From positions 2,240,001 through 2,304,000 of the forward strand of contig CAWDEM010000008.1 of the NCBI GenBank assembly GCA_963801355.1: a stretch of DNA of 64,000 nucleotides. The letters are read 5' to 3'. This document shows, piece after piece, positions 20,467 to 31,723 of this stretch; position 1 is the first letter of the stretch; the number at the start of each line of letters is the position of its first letter. The DNA comes from Ignavibacteriota bacterium. GTDB taxonomy: Bacteria; Bacteroidota; Ignavibacteria; UBA10030; UBA6906. The notes below the pieces were generated by a model. The model saw only the letters and a list, made by a program, of their open reading frames with translations. It was not told the DNA's origin and searched no databases. The translations under genes and the position numbers were made by a program.

Positions 20467-21141
20467 ATGACCACTTTGCACTTCAAGGATAGCTCTATGA
20501 CGCTGCCGGCAGGCAAGCTCATCTGTCTCGGCCGCAACTATGTCGAGCACGCTAAAGAGATGAACGCCGATCCCCCCAAAGAACCCGTCCTCTTTTTGAA
20601 ACCGTCAACCGCCATACTCCCTTCCGGCGGGACTATCGTCATCCCCCCCTTCTCCCGCGAACTCCACCACGAAGTGGAGCTGGTGGCCCTCATTACAAGG
20701 GCGGGCAGCAAGATTCCGAGGAGCGATGCAATGAACCATATCGGAGGATATGCGGTCGGCCTCGACATGACGCTTCGCGACGTTCAGGCGGACGCCAAGA
20801 AGAAAGGGCTTCCCTGGAGTGTCTCCAAAGGATTTGACACCTCGGCTCCGCTCTCCGCGTTTGTCACGAGCGACTCCGTCGGTGACCCCCACAATCTGGA
20901 CATCTCGCTCTCTGTCAACGGCACCGTCAGACAGCACTCGTGCACCCGCAATATGATCTTCCGGCTCGACGAAGTTGTGGCCTATGTTTCTTCAATTTTC
21001 ACGCTGGAACCGGGGGATCTGATTTTTACGGGAACCCCCGAGGGTGTGGGCCCCGTGAACCCGGGCGACGTCATTTCCGCCGAAATCGAGGGAATAGGCT
21101 CTCTTACCGCCACTGTCGGCGCGTTCGCCGGCGTGCGTTGA
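20467..21141 (+). CDS. Fumarylacetoacetate hydrolase family protein (YcgM/FAHD1-like)
   Basis: CLGRNYVEH, HHEVEL, LDMTLRD, KGFDT and GDLIFTGTPEGVG; start moved to ATG 20467, downstream of the promoter. Confidence 0.92.
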   Translation: MTTLHFKDSSMTLPAGKLICLGRNYVEHAKEMNADPPKEPVLFLKPSTAILPSGGTIVIPPFSRELHHEVELVALITRAGSKIPRSDAMNHIGGYAVGLDMTLRDVQADAKKKGLPWSVSKGFDTSAPLSAFVTSDSVGDPHNLDISLSVNGTVRQHSCTRNMIFRLDEVVAYVSSIFTLEPGDLIFTGTPEGVGPVNPGDVISAEIEGIGSLTATVGAFAGVR

Positions 21142-21202
21142 TAATCATGGGGCAAAGCGGTAGATTGATTTTTATCCCGAAACAAACCGTTGGAGCAACT
21201 GA

Positions 21203-23971
21203 TTGTCAGAACTGCCACAGGATTCGTCACTGCCGAAGGTCTACTCCCCCAGCGAAGTGGAGGAGAAATGGTATGACTACTGGGAGAAGAATCACCTCTT
21301 CCGGTCCCGCGTGAACCCCGCGAAGAAACCTTATACGATCGTCATACCCCCCCCCAACGTCACCGGTGTGCTCCACATGGGGCACATCCTGAACAACACA
21401 CTGCAGGACGCTTTTATACGGTACCATCGCATGATGGGAGACGAATCGTGCTGGATACCGGGAACGGACCATGCGGGCATAGCCACTCAGAACGTCGTGG
21501 AACGTTCCCTCACGAAAGAAGGGAAGACCCGGCATGACCTCGGACGTGAGCGATTTGTCGAACGGGTGTGGGAGTGGCGGAAACAGTATGGCGGTGTGAT
21601 CATCAAGCAATTGCGCAAGCTCGGGGCCTCCTGTGACTGGGAACGTGAACGATTTACCATGGATGAGAGCCTTTCCGCGGCGGTGCGCGAGGTCTTTGTG
21701 CGTCTCTACGAGGAGGGATTAATCTACCGGGGGGAATACATCGTCAACTGGTGCCCCAAGGACCATACCGCCATCAGTGACGATGAAGTAAACTTCTTTG
21801 AGCAGAAGGGAAAACTCTACTATATAAAGTACCCTATCCTCAGCGATGACACATCGGCACCCACAGGCAAACACCTCACGGTTGCGACGACCCGCCCGGA
21901 GACGATGCTGGGTGACACTGCAGTAGCCGTCAACCCCAAGGACGAACGGTACGCCCACCTCGTGGGAAAGAAGGTGCTTCTCCCCCTGACTGACCGCGAG
22001 ATACCGATCATTGCTGACATGTTCGTCGATCCCGCATTCGGCACAGGAATGGTGAAGGTGACGCCTGCGCACGACCCAAACGACTTCATGATTGGTCAAC
22101 GCCACAACCTTCCTCAGATCAACATCTTCGATATTTCTGCCAGAATCAACGAGAACGCACCGCGTAAATACCGCGGCAAAGACCGCTATGACGCCCGCCG
22201 GCAGGTGCTTGAGGATCTTGAAAAAGAAGGCTTGCTGGCCAGAACGGAAGAACATCTGCACAATGTCGGTCGGTGCTACCGGTGCGATACCGTTATCGAA
22301 CCGTATCTTTCGGACCAGTGGTTTGTACGGATGAAACCGCTCGCAGAACCGGCATTGAAGGTTGTAACAGACGGGACAATTCGTTTCTATCCCGACCGGT
22401 GGGTAAAAGTCTACGACCACTGGATGGAGAACATCCGGGATTGGTGCATCTCTCGACAGCTCTGGTGGGGACACCGCATTCCCGTCTGGTTCTGCCAGGG
22501 AGAAGGCACACGGCCCGGGTGCCCGGAACCGATCGTCCGTCGCACCGCTCCCGATCGTTGTCCGACATGCGGCAGCGCACATCTCCGCCAGGATGACGAT
22601 GTTCTCGACACGTGGTTTTCCTCCTGGCTCTGGCCGTTCTCGGTGCACGACTGGCCTCTTGAGAAAGAACTCGGCAAGGCGGAAGACCTGGGGTATTATT
22701 TTCCGACGAGCACACTGGTCACCGCCCCGGATATCATCTTCTTCTGGGTTGCCCGGATGATCATGGCGAGCCTCAAGTTCGGACCAAGCTTCACGGGGAG
22801 TAGTGATCCGGCAAAGAACATTCCGTTCCACGACGTCTACTTCACCAGCCTGGTGCGGGACGACAAGGGGCGCAAGATGTCGAAATCGCTCGGGAATTCT
22901 CCCGAGCCGCTGGATTTGATCGCGGAATTCGGCGCGGACGCGGTGCGGTTCACCATTCTCTATCTCGCGCCCCTCGGGCAGGATATTCTCTACTCGCGCG
23001 AGAAGAACGAGCTGGGCCGCAACTTTGCAAACAAAATCTGGAACGCCGGCCGGTTCCTGCTTATGAACCGTGACCAGATCGGGGAAGCTGCCCGCACGCC
23101 GGCATCGAGAGAATGCAATCTCGAACACCTTGACCTTGCCGACCGCTGGATCCTTTCACGGCTGCACTCCACGACCGCGGGGGTGTTCGGGGGGCTGAAG
23201 GAGTACGAGATCAACAAAATCTCCAAGAGCGTGTACGATTTCTTCTGGCATGACTACTGTGACTGGTATATCGAGATGGTGAAGTCGCGCCTGTACGGCA
23301 ACGAGCCAGACAACGTCAAACAGGCTGTCATCACACGTGCACTCGATATCTACGATGCAGCATTGCGCTTGCTGCACCCCCTCATGCCGTTCGTCACCGA
23401 AGAACTCTGGCAAAACATCCGCCGGCGGGGGCCAGTGGAATCCATTATGCATGCCCAGCTCCTCGCGGCCGATCCATCCTTCATCGCCCCGGATGTCGAA
23501 CAGGAAATGGCGTTCGTGCAGAGAGTCATTGAATCCCTGCGGACACTCCGGAGCGAAATGAGCATCCCTCCGTCGAAGGAAATCGCGCTCCAGATGCGTG
23601 TCAGCCACGGCCACTCGTCTGAAAGCGTACGGCGCTACGAAGGCTATCTGCAGCGGCTGGCCCGGGTGACTTCATTGACGTTTTTGAAGGCCGGTGGCCG
23701 GCCGGGCGTCGCAGCCAGCGCCGTCGTGGACGGCGAAGAACTGTTCGTGCCGCTGGAAGGGGTGATCGACCTTGACGTGGAACGCGCCCGCGTGCAGAAG
23801 GAGGTCGACCGGGTCGGTTCCATGCTGGAAGGGGTCCGCCGGAAATTGAACAACGAGAGCTTCATCGAAAAAGCCCCGAAGGAAGTCATTGACAGGGAGA
23901 GAGAGAAGCTGGAGGCCTTCGCCCGCACGATGGAGAAGCTCGAGAAGAACCTGGAAATGCTGAAATCGTGA
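21203..23971 (+). CDS. valS: Valine--tRNA ligase
   Basis: [36 protein letters not shown] and a C-terminal coiled coil; TTG start with GGAG upstream. Confidence 0.98.
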   Translation: MSELPQDSSLPKVYSPSEVEEKWYDYWEKNHLFRSRVNPAKKPYTIVIPPPNVTGVLHMGHILNNTLQDAFIRYHRMMGDESCWIPGTDHAGIATQNVVERSLTKEGKTRHDLGRERFVERVWEWRKQYGGVIIKQLRKLGASCDWERERFTMDESLSAAVREVFVRLYEEGLIYRGEYIVNWCPKDHTAISDDEVNFFEQKGKLYYIKYPILSDDTSAPTGKHLTVATTRPETMLGDTAVAVNPKDERYAHLVGKKVLLPLTDREIPIIADMFVDPAFGTGMVKVTPAHDPNDFMIGQRHNLPQINIFDISARINENAPRKYRGKDRYDARRQVLEDLEKEGLLARTEEHLHNVGRCYRCDTVIEPYLSDQWFVRMKPLAEPALKVVTDGTIRFYPDRWVKVYDHWMENIRDWCISRQLWWGHRIPVWFCQGEGTRPGCPEPIVRRTAPDRCPTCGSAHLRQDDDVLDTWFSSWLWPFSVHDWPLEKELGKAEDLGYYFPTSTLVTAPDIIFFWVARMIMASLKFGPSFTGSSDPAKNIPFHDVYFTSLVRDDKGRKMSKSLGNSPEPLDLIAEFGADAVRFTILYLAPLGQDILYSREKNELGRNFANKIWNAGRFLLMNRDQIGEAARTPASRECNLEHLDLADRWILSRLHSTTAGVFGGLKEYEINKISKSVYDFFWHDYCDWYIEMVKSRLYGNEPDNVKQAVITRALDIYDAALRLLHPLMPFVTEELWQNIRRRGPVESIMHAQLLAADPSFIAPDVEQEMAFVQRVIESLRTLRSEMSIPPSKEIALQMRVSHGHSSESVRRYEGYLQRLARVTSLTFLKAGGRPGVAASAVVDGEELFVPLEGVIDLDVERARVQKEVDRVGSMLEGVRRKLNNESFIEKAPKEVIDREREKLEAFARTMEKLEKNLEMLKS

Positions 23972-23983
23972 ACCGGACCCGGC

Positions 23984-25384
23984 ATGGCGCACACCCGCAT
24001 CACCAATGACATTCGCGATCAACTCCGGTCCATTGCCGGAGCCGACGCCGTGACATCCGACCACAACGACCTTGTGACCTACGGCCAGGATGAGACCGAA
24101 GATCTGCTGTTCGAGCCGGAGGTCGTCGTCAAGCCGGGCACGACGCAACAGGTTTCCGCGATCATGGCGCTGGCAACCCGTCACCGCATTCCCGTGACTC
24201 CGCGCGCTGGCGGCACAGGGCTCTCCGGCGGGGCACTCCCGGTGCAGGGGGGTATCCTCCTCTCCATGGAACGGTTCAACCGCATCCTGGAGATCGACGA
24301 ACGCAATCTGCAGGTGGTGGTCGAACCGGGGGTGATAACCCAGAAGTTGCAGGAGGCGGTTGAGGAGCTGGGTTTGTACTATCCCCCGGACCCTGCTTCC
24401 CGGGGGAGCTGTCACATCGGCGGGAACCTGGCGGAATGCGCCGGCGGTCCCCATGCCGTGAAATACGGCGTCACAAAAGACTACGTTCTCGGCATCGAAG
24501 CGGTGTTGCCTGACGGTGTGATCTTCACGACCGGCGCCCGCGTATTGAAGAATGTCACAGGATACAATCTTACACAGCTGATCATCGGAAGTGAAGGGAC
24601 CCTTGCCGTCATCACGAAGGTCATCCTCCGCCTCATCCCCCTTCCCAGGCACCGCAAAGTTTTGCTTGTGGCGTTTGGCTCGCTGGACGACGCCGCATCG
24701 GCGGTTGTAACGATCTTCCAGCGCGGCATTACACCATCCGCGCTGGAATTCCTGGAACGGGCCGCGGTGAAGGCGGCCGAAGAGCGCCAGGGCAAACACT
24801 TCCCCAATGGTGAGGCAGCCGCACAACTCCTCATTGAAGTCGACGGCTACCATGAAGAGCCACTGTCAGAGGAAGTCCAGGCCATCGCGGAGGCAGTGGA
24901 AGCCCACCATGCAGTCGATGTCCTGCTTGCCGAAGACCGTGCCAAAGTCGAGGAGGTGTGGGCCCTGCGGCGGGGTATCGGGGAAGCCGTGAAGTCGATC
25001 TCGGCCTACCGCGAGGAAGACACCGTCGTGCCGCGTGCCAGGCTTCCGGAGTTGGTTTCGGGGGCGAAGAAAATCTGCGGTGCGCACGGTCTGACGACGA
25101 TATGCTACGGCCATGCCGGTGACGGCAATGTGCACATCAATATCTTGAAAGACCAGATGGATCAACACACCTGGGAGCGGGTGATCGACCCGGCGATACG
25201 GGAGCTGTTTGCTTTCGTTGTCTCCCTGGGCGGCACACTCTCGGCCGAACACGGTATCGGCTACTCGCAAAAAGCTTACTTACCCCTCGCCGTCTCCGCA
25301 ACGGAGCTGCGGCTCATGAAGGGGATCAAGCACCTCTTCGACCCCGGGGGCATTCTGAATCCGGGGAAGGTGTTTCCGGACTGA
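23984..25384 (+). CDS. FAD-linked oxidase, GlcD/D-2-hydroxyacid dehydrogenase family
   Basis: [46 protein letters not shown] and LNPGK. Confidence 0.9.
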   Translation: MAHTRITNDIRDQLRSIAGADAVTSDHNDLVTYGQDETEDLLFEPEVVVKPGTTQQVSAIMALATRHRIPVTPRAGGTGLSGGALPVQGGILLSMERFNRILEIDERNLQVVVEPGVITQKLQEAVEELGLYYPPDPASRGSCHIGGNLAECAGGPHAVKYGVTKDYVLGIEAVLPDGVIFTTGARVLKNVTGYNLTQLIIGSEGTLAVITKVILRLIPLPRHRKVLLVAFGSLDDAASAVVTIFQRGITPSALEFLERAAVKAAEERQGKHFPNGEAAAQLLIEVDGYHEEPLSEEVQAIAEAVEAHHAVDVLLAEDRAKVEEVWALRRGIGEAVKSISAYREEDTVVPRARLPELVSGAKKICGAHGLTTICYGHAGDGNVHINILKDQMDQHTWERVIDPAIRELFAFVVSLGGTLSAEHGIGYSQKAYLPLAVSATELRLMKGIKHLFDPGGILNPGKVFPD

Positions 25385-25386
25385 CG

Positions 25387-25414
25387 TTGCATCTTCGTTT
25401 CTTTCGGCTATATT
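25387..25414 (+). promoter_or_regulatory. Sigma70-like promoter for deoC
   Basis: TTGCAT-16 nt-TATATT, 7 nt before ATG 25422. Confidence 0.5.
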
Positions 25415-25421
25415 AGGCACT

Positions 25422-26312
25422 ATGAACCGCGAAGTTATTGAACGCGTCATCCGTGAGGTCGTGGCGGAAAAATTCGGGCCAGTAAACGGTAGGTCCTGCA
25501 CGGACGGCTGCAAGGACGGCGTGTGCACAGACGGGTTATGCGTCGTGCATAACGCCGAAGGGGTCAGGAACATTCTGAACAACGGCGCTTCCCGCATCAG
25601 CGCCGGAGGGGGCATTGAAGCCGCCGGAGGAGTTTCTGCGGATCTTGCACGCATGATAGACCACACGCTTCTGAAGCCCGAAGCGACCCCCGCCGAGATC
25701 GAGAAGCTCTGTGAGGAGGCACGAAAATACTCATTCGCCAGCGTGTGCATCAATGCAGGTTACGTGCCTCTTTGTGCCCGCCTGCTGCGCGGCACCCCGG
25801 TGCGTGTCTGTACGGTCATCGGCTTCCCCCTCGGAGCAACATCGACGGCGGCGAAAGCGTTTGAAACCGAACAGGCGATTCGCGACGGTGCACAGGAAGT
25901 GGATATGGTGATCAATATCGGGATGCTCAAGTCCGGCGACACGGTCTACGTCGAGCGCGACATCGCCGCAGTCGTCAATGCCGCCCGCCGTCACAGAGTG
26001 CTGACAAAAGTGATCATCGAAGCCGCGCTGCTTACCGACGAAGAAAAAATCAAGGCCTGCCTCCTGGTGAAAAAGGCAGGCGCGGATTTCGTAAAGACTT
26101 CCACGGGTTTTGCGAAAGGCGGCGCCACCGCCGGAGATATCGCATTGATGCGACGGGTGGTCGGCACTGCGATGGGCGTCAAGGCTGCCGGCGGAGTCCG
26201 CAGCCGGGAAGACGCACTGGCAATGGTCGCCAGCGGCGCAGACCGCATCGGGGCGAGCGCAAGTGTCCGTATCGTCGGTGGCGACGCCGGCGAATCCCCA
26301 AAGGCCGCGTAA
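25422..26312 (+). CDS. deoC: Deoxyribose-phosphate aldolase with ~70-aa N-terminal extension
   Basis: [34 protein letters not shown] and GADRIG. Confidence 0.95.
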   Translation: MNREVIERVIREVVAEKFGPVNGRSCTDGCKDGVCTDGLCVVHNAEGVRNILNNGASRISAGGGIEAAGGVSADLARMIDHTLLKPEATPAEIEKLCEEARKYSFASVCINAGYVPLCARLLRGTPVRVCTVIGFPLGATSTAAKAFETEQAIRDGAQEVDMVINIGMLKSGDTVYVERDIAAVVNAARRHRVLTKVIIEAALLTDEEKIKACLLVKKAGADFVKTSTGFAKGGATAGDIALMRRVVGTAMGVKAAGGVRSREDALAMVASGADRIGASASVRIVGGDAGESPKAA

Positions 26313-26878
26313 TGTCCAGAAGACAACCGCAACAGAGTCGCCCGTGGCTTCCGTTGACCCTGCTGGTCGCCGCGCTTCTGGCCGGGTGCTCGACTTCCCG
26401 GCACGCAACCGACGACCGCGACCGGGATGCCGCCGAAGAAGTGCGCGCCGCCGAAGCAACATTCCGGCCGTCAGACCACGACCCCGTGCAGGCAGCGGCG
26501 CCGACGGCACTTCCCTTCCCCACCGATACTGCACGGACCGAGCCCACCAATACCCCCGAACTGCCGGCGTCAGGCGAAATGACACAGGGCTACAGGGTAC
26601 AGGCCTTTGCGACAAGGAATATTGACGAGGCACAGGTGAAGAAGGTGGAGCTTGAAGGGCTGTTTCCGGGCGAATGGTTCTATCTGGACTATGCCTCACC
26701 GAGCTACAAAATCCGCGCGGGGAATTTCACCACGAGGTTCGAAGCGGACCGCTTTGCGCGTATGATGATCGAGCAGGGTTTTCCCGAGGCCTGGGTGGTA
26801 CCGGAAAGAGTCTTCAAGAACATCGGGCGGCGCCCTGTGCAACCACCTCAGCCATCGGAGCAGCCGGAGGTGAAGTAG
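26312..26878 (+). CDS. SPOR-domain lipoprotein
   Basis: LLAGC lipobox; GYRVQ...YKIRAGNF..R.EA...AWVV pattern. Confidence 0.82.
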   Translation: MSRRQPQQSRPWLPLTLLVAALLAGCSTSRHATDDRDRDAAEEVRAAEATFRPSDHDPVQAAAPTALPFPTDTARTEPTNTPELPASGEMTQGYRVQAFATRNIDEAQVKKVELEGLFPGEWFYLDYASPSYKIRAGNFTTRFEADRFARMMIEQGFPEAWVVPERVFKNIGRRPVQPPQPSEQPEVK

Positions 26879-26924
26879 TCCAATCGACCTGGTGGATCCA
26901 CCTCCACACTTGCCGATTCCCTGC

Positions 26925-28652
26925 TCAAGGGAATTTCACCTGAACACCCCCGACACTCCACCGCGCACGCACCTTAACTGTATCGGGATACACAGTGAAC
27001 CGCGCGCCTGGTTCAAACGGATACGGCACACCTGCCCGGTAGACTCCATCCCCTTCAAGATCCTCGAATGCCTCGATGCCGTAGCGGCCTTCAGGGAGGT
27101 CGCCGACCTGGAATTTCCCGGGCCTGTCGATGCGATGCACGAAGCTTCGCTGGGGCTTGACATCCGTCGTCTTCACTATGAGCACCAGCGGATGTTCCCC
27201 GCTCGCACCTTCCAGAGTCCCTTCGATCGAGCCGAGCGCCCGGGTATCCAGGGTCTGAAAGTGCAATACGAATAGTGAATCGCGCCAGTGCGTACCCCTG
27301 CTGTCACGCACCGAATCGAGCGGAAGCCGGAGTGTGTACCACGCGAGCGGCCGGAGCGGTGCAGAAGGAATGACGAGAAGTTCTGCGGACGTCCGCGGAC
27401 GGACTTCAACCGGCACCGTGAGAGACAACGTGTCAAGCAACGAAAAGCCGTGGATGATGCCGGACAGATCGACCGGCAGCCGGAAGTCCACCGCAAATTG
27501 CGGGCGCAACTGGATTGCCCGTGCACTGTCGGCGACTCCCCGGATACCCGGATAGGGCTTGAGCGTGTCAGGCACCGACGGGCCGCTGAATGTCGACGAT
27601 GCGTTATTGGTATCCAGCCGGTTGCCGGCACCATCCACTACTCCCCGCACGACCAGTCTGTATGCCGCCGTGCTGTCCAACGGGCCGACGGTCTCGATTC
27701 CCGCAAGAGCCAGGTTCCCCATATTCTGGTACTGCGCACCGATGGGGACGGCAGCGGCCGACGCAGTGTCAAAGAGCGAAAACAACGCCTGAGGAAATGT
27801 TACGGTATCGACGGGTTCACTGAATCGGACCAGCAGATGGCGGCGGTCCACGGCCGTGACGCTTGCCAGGAATGGGCGCGTCGTATCTTCCTTCGACATG
27901 CGGAACCAGAGGTTACGCACTTCCGGCTTGTTGCCGTCCAGAACCGGATCTTCCGTGGCCACTCCGAACTGATCGATCTCACGGTCGTATAACAGATTGC
28001 GGTACTCGTCACGCACAGCCATAACCCGGTAGGTGCCGAACGCGACATTGTTCAATCCGAAGCTCCCGTCTTTTCCCGTCTGCACGATGTATTGTGGACG
28101 CGTATGTCCGGGGTTGAGCGTGTCGGGGAGGATTGCATGCAGGCTATAGGCGAAAATCATTACACCCTCGGGGTGCTCATCAAAAACCCGGCCGCTGATT
28201 CTGCCGGTATCAATGGAGTCGCCGGTGCTGAACGCCAGCGTGTACGCATGGGCCATCGCGTTTCCTCCATGCGCCGGCAGGTCCGTCACGTCAGTTCCCA
28301 CGGTGAGCACGTAGGTGGTATTTTCCCGGAGCCGTTCGGGAAAGCGGATGGTCACTTCGGTTCCGCTCCAATCGAATTCCGGTTGTCCGACGTACGGGGA
28401 GATAAACACCGCTTCCTCCACCGTACGGCGCTCAACGTACTCGCTGAACTCAAGGTCGATCTGCGAGGGCGTGATCCGGGTGGCATTGCTGTCCGGGTAG
28501 GTCCTGATAATGTACGGGGGGGTGGTGTCGGGCGGCCCTCCGGAAGGCAACACCTGTCCGGCACAACCGTTCAACAGCGCAGCTGCGCCAAACGCAAGGC
28601 ACAGCGAGACGAACGATGCCGACGGAACCCGGCGTGCGATGACTGAGTTCAA
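26925..28652 (-). CDS. Ig-like (Big_5) domain lipoprotein
   Basis: LNGC lipobox followed by PSGGPPDTTPP, FSEYV and FSTGDSID; repeated beta-rich modules. Confidence 0.8.
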   Translation of the reverse strand: MNSVIARRVPSASFVSLCLAFGAAALLNGCAGQVLPSGGPPDTTPPYIIRTYPDSNATRITPSQIDLEFSEYVERRTVEEAVFISPYVGQPEFDWSGTEVTIRFPERLRENTTYVLTVGTDVTDLPAHGGNAMAHAYTLAFSTGDSIDTGRISGRVFDEHPEGVMIFAYSLHAILPDTLNPGHTRPQYIVQTGKDGSFGLNNVAFGTYRVMAVRDEYRNLLYDREIDQFGVATEDPVLDGNKPEVRNLWFRMSKEDTTRPFLASVTAVDRRHLLVRFSEPVDTVTFPQALFSLFDTASAAAVPIGAQYQNMGNLALAGIETVGPLDSTAAYRLVVRGVVDGAGNRLDTNNASSTFSGPSVPDTLKPYPGIRGVADSARAIQLRPQFAVDFRLPVDLSGIIHGFSLLDTLSLTVPVEVRPRTSAELLVIPSAPLRPLAWYTLRLPLDSVRDSRGTHWRDSLFVLHFQTLDTRALGSIEGTLEGASGEHPLVLIVKTTDVKPQRSFVHRIDRPGKFQVGDLPEGRYGIEAFEDLEGDGVYRAGVPYPFEPGARFTVYPDTVKVRARWSVGGVQVKFP

Positions 28653-29710
28653 TTCCGCGCTCTTGCCTTTCTGTACTTACGCACGTTCTGCACGTGCTCG
28701 GCGTAGGTCCTGGAAAACCAGTGTCCGCCCAGAGTGTTGGCGACGAAGAACAGGTATCCGTGCTGCCGGGGATAGAGTGCTGCGAGCATGGCGGCCTTCC
28801 CCGGATTGTTCACCGGCCCGGGCGGCAAACCCGGATACAGGTACGTGTTGTACGGATCTGCGATCCGGAGATCGGCGTAGAGAACGCGCCGGGGTCCATC
28901 CGGGAAAATATACTGCAGCGTTGGATCAGCTTCAAGCTTCATGCCGAGACGGAGGCGATTGTGGTAGACACCTGCAATAAGCGGCCGCTCATCGGCGAGT
29001 ACCGCTTCCCCTTCCACAATGGATGCGAAGGTCACGGCCTGGCGAACGGTCCACCCGAACTCCTTCGCCCGGGATTCCAATGTATCATTGAAGAACCGTT
29101 TGAACTCATTCACCTGCCGCTCCACAATCTCCCTCTCGTCCTGTTCCCACATCAGCCGATAGGTCTCCGGCAAGAGATAGCCTTCCAGCGAACCGCCCTC
29201 CAGGCCGTAGCCTCTGACGACGTCGGGGTCGTTGACTATGCTCATGTACCTGGCGCTGTCGATCCCGACGGCTCGCGCAAACAGCCGTGCCTGCAAACGG
29301 GCTCGCAACCCTTCGGGGATAGTGACACCGATGAGCTCGGTGTTGCGCCCGTCGCGCAGCGAGAGGAAGATGTCGAGATTGGACATCCCGGAGTGAAAGC
29401 GATACTTCCCCGCCTGCAACCGTTCTGTGCCGCCGGCGAGGCGGGCGGTCACCCGGAACAGGAGACGGCTGCGAATGATCCCCTTCCGTTCGAGGGAATC
29501 CATAATCGTGTGAAACGTGGCGCCGCGCGAAACAAACACCATGCGCTCCGCCTGGTCAGAAAAAGTGTTGGGCCAGTACAGCGCGTACAACAGGATTGCA
29601 CCGGCCGAAAGGACCAGGACAGCACAAGCAAGAAGAACATACCGCCCGGCGCGAGAGGGAGGCGGCGAGATCGTGTTCAGTCGGGATGGCGGTGGCGGGA
29701 TCGTGTTCAC
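28649..29710 (-). CDS. mltG: Endolytic transglycosylase MltG
   Basis: N-terminal TM helix, TIPEG, LEGYLLPETY, ASIVEGE, NRL..GMKLEADPT and YNTY..PGLPPGPVNNPG. Confidence 0.95.
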   Translation of the reverse strand: MNTIPPPPSRLNTISPPPSRAGRYVLLACAVLVLSAGAILLYALYWPNTFSDQAERMVFVSRGATFHTIMDSLERKGIIRSRLLFRVTARLAGGTERLQAGKYRFHSGMSNLDIFLSLRDGRNTELIGVTIPEGLRARLQARLFARAVGIDSARYMSIVNDPDVVRGYGLEGGSLEGYLLPETYRLMWEQDEREIVERQVNEFKRFFNDTLESRAKEFGWTVRQAVTFASIVEGEAVLADERPLIAGVYHNRLRLGMKLEADPTLQYIFPDGPRRVLYADLRIADPYNTYLYPGLPPGPVNNPGKAAMLAALYPRQHGYLFFVANTLGGHWFSRTYAEHVQNVRKYRKARARN

Positions 29711-30705
29711 GCGAGCTCCAGCCCGGCGACAGCCGTCAGATCAAGGGGCGAATAGATGCCGCGCATCCGTTTCATCCAACCGACATACGCGATCATGGCG
29801 CCATTATCCATGCAGTACTCCAGACGGGGAGTGAACATCTGCAGCCCTCGTTCGGCGCAGGCGGCACCCAGGGATGAACGGAGGCCGGCGTTGGCGGACA
29901 CTCCCCCAGCAATCGCCACTGCGTGAGCGCCTGTCATCCCCGCCGCCCGCAAGGTCTTCTGGACAAGCACATCGACAACGGAATGTTGAAAGCTGGCACA
30001 GAGGTTGGCAAGTGCTGCATCGGTGGCGGGAGCACCGTGATCCCGCAGATGATAGAGCACGGCGGTTTTGACGCCGCTGAAACTGAAGTCCAGCGTGTCC
30101 GGCCCGAGAAATGCCCGGGGAAACCTGATTGCGCGGGGATTTCCCGCGGCTGCGAGAGCGTCAATGCGCGGCCCGCCGGGATACCCCAGACCGAGCATCT
30201 TTGCCACCTTGTCGAACGCTTCGCCCGCGGCATCGTCGCGCGTTTGCCCGAGAACCTGATGCCTGAATGGTTCTTCGACATACACCAGCATCGTATGTCC
30301 CCCGGACACGATCAGCGAAAGAAACGGGAAGGCCGGGGCAGGATCCTGCAGCAACACCGAGTAGAGGTGCCCTTCCATATGGTTGACTCCCACAAACGGG
30401 ACACCGAGACCATAGGCAAGGGCCTTCCCGAAATTCAGACCGACCAGGAGGGCGCCGACCAGGCCGGGGCCGAATGTCGCAGCGACCGCGCTCAGGTCTT
30501 CCTTCCTGCAACCCGCCGTATCCAGAGCTTCCTGAACCACCTGCATAATGAGGCGCTGATGAGCACGCGAGGCCAACTCCGGGACCACACCCCCGAATTT
30601 CCTGTGAACATACTGTGAAGAAATGACGTTCGCATCGACCCGGCCATCCCGCACGACAGCCGCCGATGTTTCATCACATGATGTCTCAATCCCGAGGACG
30701 GTCAT
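29707..30705 (-). CDS. tsaD: tRNA N6-adenosine threonylcarbamoyltransferase
   Basis: LGIETSCDETS, GGVVPELASRAH, HMEGH, SGGHT, DDAAGEAFDK and DNGAMI. Confidence 0.97.
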   Translation of the reverse strand: MTVLGIETSCDETSAAVVRDGRVDANVISSQYVHRKFGGVVPELASRAHQRLIMQVVQEALDTAGCRKEDLSAVAATFGPGLVGALLVGLNFGKALAYGLGVPFVGVNHMEGHLYSVLLQDPAPAFPFLSLIVSGGHTMLVYVEEPFRHQVLGQTRDDAAGEAFDKVAKMLGLGYPGGPRIDALAAAGNPRAIRFPRAFLGPDTLDFSFSGVKTAVLYHLRDHGAPATDAALANLCASFQHSVVDVLVQKTLRAAGMTGAHAVAIAGGVSANAGLRSSLGAACAERGLQMFTPRLEYCMDNGAMIAYVGWMKRMRGIYSPLDLTAVAGLELA

Positions 30706-30711
30706 GAGATT

Positions 30712-30740
30712 ATTGTACGGAAAGAGGCCGCGACATTCAA
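30712..30740 (-). promoter_or_regulatory. Sigma70-like promoter for tsaD-mltG
   Basis: Minus strand TTGAAT-17 nt-TACAAT, 6 nt before ATG. Confidence 0.6.
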
Positions 30741-30758
30741 GAAAACCGATGAAAAACC

Positions 30759-30787
30759 TTGCTTCTCTGGCCTCCGTTGGTTATATT
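30759..30787 (+). promoter_or_regulatory. Sigma70-like promoter for rpmB
   Basis: TTGCTT-17 nt-TATATT; GAGGTG RBS downstream. Confidence 0.6.
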
Positions 30788-30815
30788 AAAATGATTGACA
30801 AATTGAGGTGAGAAG

Positions 30816-31007
30816 ATGGCACGTGTGTGTGATATTTGCGGCAAGAAACCAATGAGCGGCAACAACATTTCGCATGCGCATAATCTTACGCGCAGGCGCT
30901 GGATGCCGAACCTGCAGGAGGTCCGCGCAAATGTCAATGGCCGTACGCGCCGGATGACGGTCTGCACGAACTGCCTGAAATCCAACAAGGTGACGAAAGC
31001 CGCCTGA
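30816..31007 (+). CDS. rpmB: 50S ribosomal protein L28
   Basis: [28 protein letters not shown]...VCTNCLK. Confidence 0.97.
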   Translation: MARVCDICGKKPMSGNNISHAHNLTRRRWMPNLQEVRANVNGRTRRMTVCTNCLKSNKVTKAA

Positions 31008-31029
31008 CGATTCGCGCTCCTGACAGCAC

Positions 31030-31063
31030 GAAAGCCATCAAACAGACCCTGATGGCTTTTTTC
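31030..31063 (+). terminator. Intrinsic terminator after rpmB
   Basis: AAAGCCATCA-9 nt-TGATGGCTTT followed by TTT. Confidence 0.8.
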
Positions 31064-31090
31064 GTTTGTCCCCTCTTCCGGCAGCCGGTC

Positions 31091-31723
31091 ATGCCCAAAC
31101 TACAATTCGAACTCAATCTCCCGAACCAGCTGACGCTGTTGCGGATTGCGCTGACTCCCGTGTTTGTCGCATTCCTGCTCTCGGATTCGGTGGTACTGCG
31201 CCAGCTTTCTCTCCTCGTCTTTGTCATCGCGGCCATCACCGATTGGTACGACGGTTGGATTGCAAGGAGGTTGGGATTTTCCACGCGCTGGGGAAAATTC
31301 CTCGATCCCCTGGCCGACAAAATCCTCTCCTCCGCCGCCTTGCTCTCGTATGTCAGCCTGGGGCTTGTCGACGCGTGGATGGTCTGGGTCGTGATCTTCC
31401 GGGACTTCCTGATGACCGGCCTCCGGAGTTATGCCGAACTTCAAGACCGTCCCATTGTCACCTCCTGGGGGGCCCAGGCAAAGACGTTTGGGGAGTTTGT
31501 CGTCATCTACTATATCCTGATCCTCTATGTCCTCAAAAGCATCCCGGTGGTGTATCAGGAATGGGGCTTCACCATTGACGCTCTGATGCACCCCCAGGTT
31601 CTCTTCGGCATGATGCTTCTGGTCACACTTTCCACGGTGGGGACCGGGATAGCCTACCTGTTCGACAACAGAAAGTTGATCCGTGAACTCCTCGAATACC
31701 TCCACTGGCGGAAACCTGCCTGA
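31091..31723 (+). CDS. pgsA: CDP-diacylglycerol--glycerol-3-phosphate 3-phosphatidyltransferase
   Basis: NLPNQLTLLR and TDWYDG.IAR...GKFLDPLADK; start moved to ATG 31091, past the terminator. Confidence 0.92.
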   Translation: MPKLQFELNLPNQLTLLRIALTPVFVAFLLSDSVVLRQLSLLVFVIAAITDWYDGWIARRLGFSTRWGKFLDPLADKILSSAALLSYVSLGLVDAWMVWVVIFRDFLMTGLRSYAELQDRPIVTSWGAQAKTFGEFVVIYYILILYVLKSIPVVYQEWGFTIDALMHPQVLFGMMLLVTLSTVGTGIAYLFDNRKLIRELLEYLHWRKPA

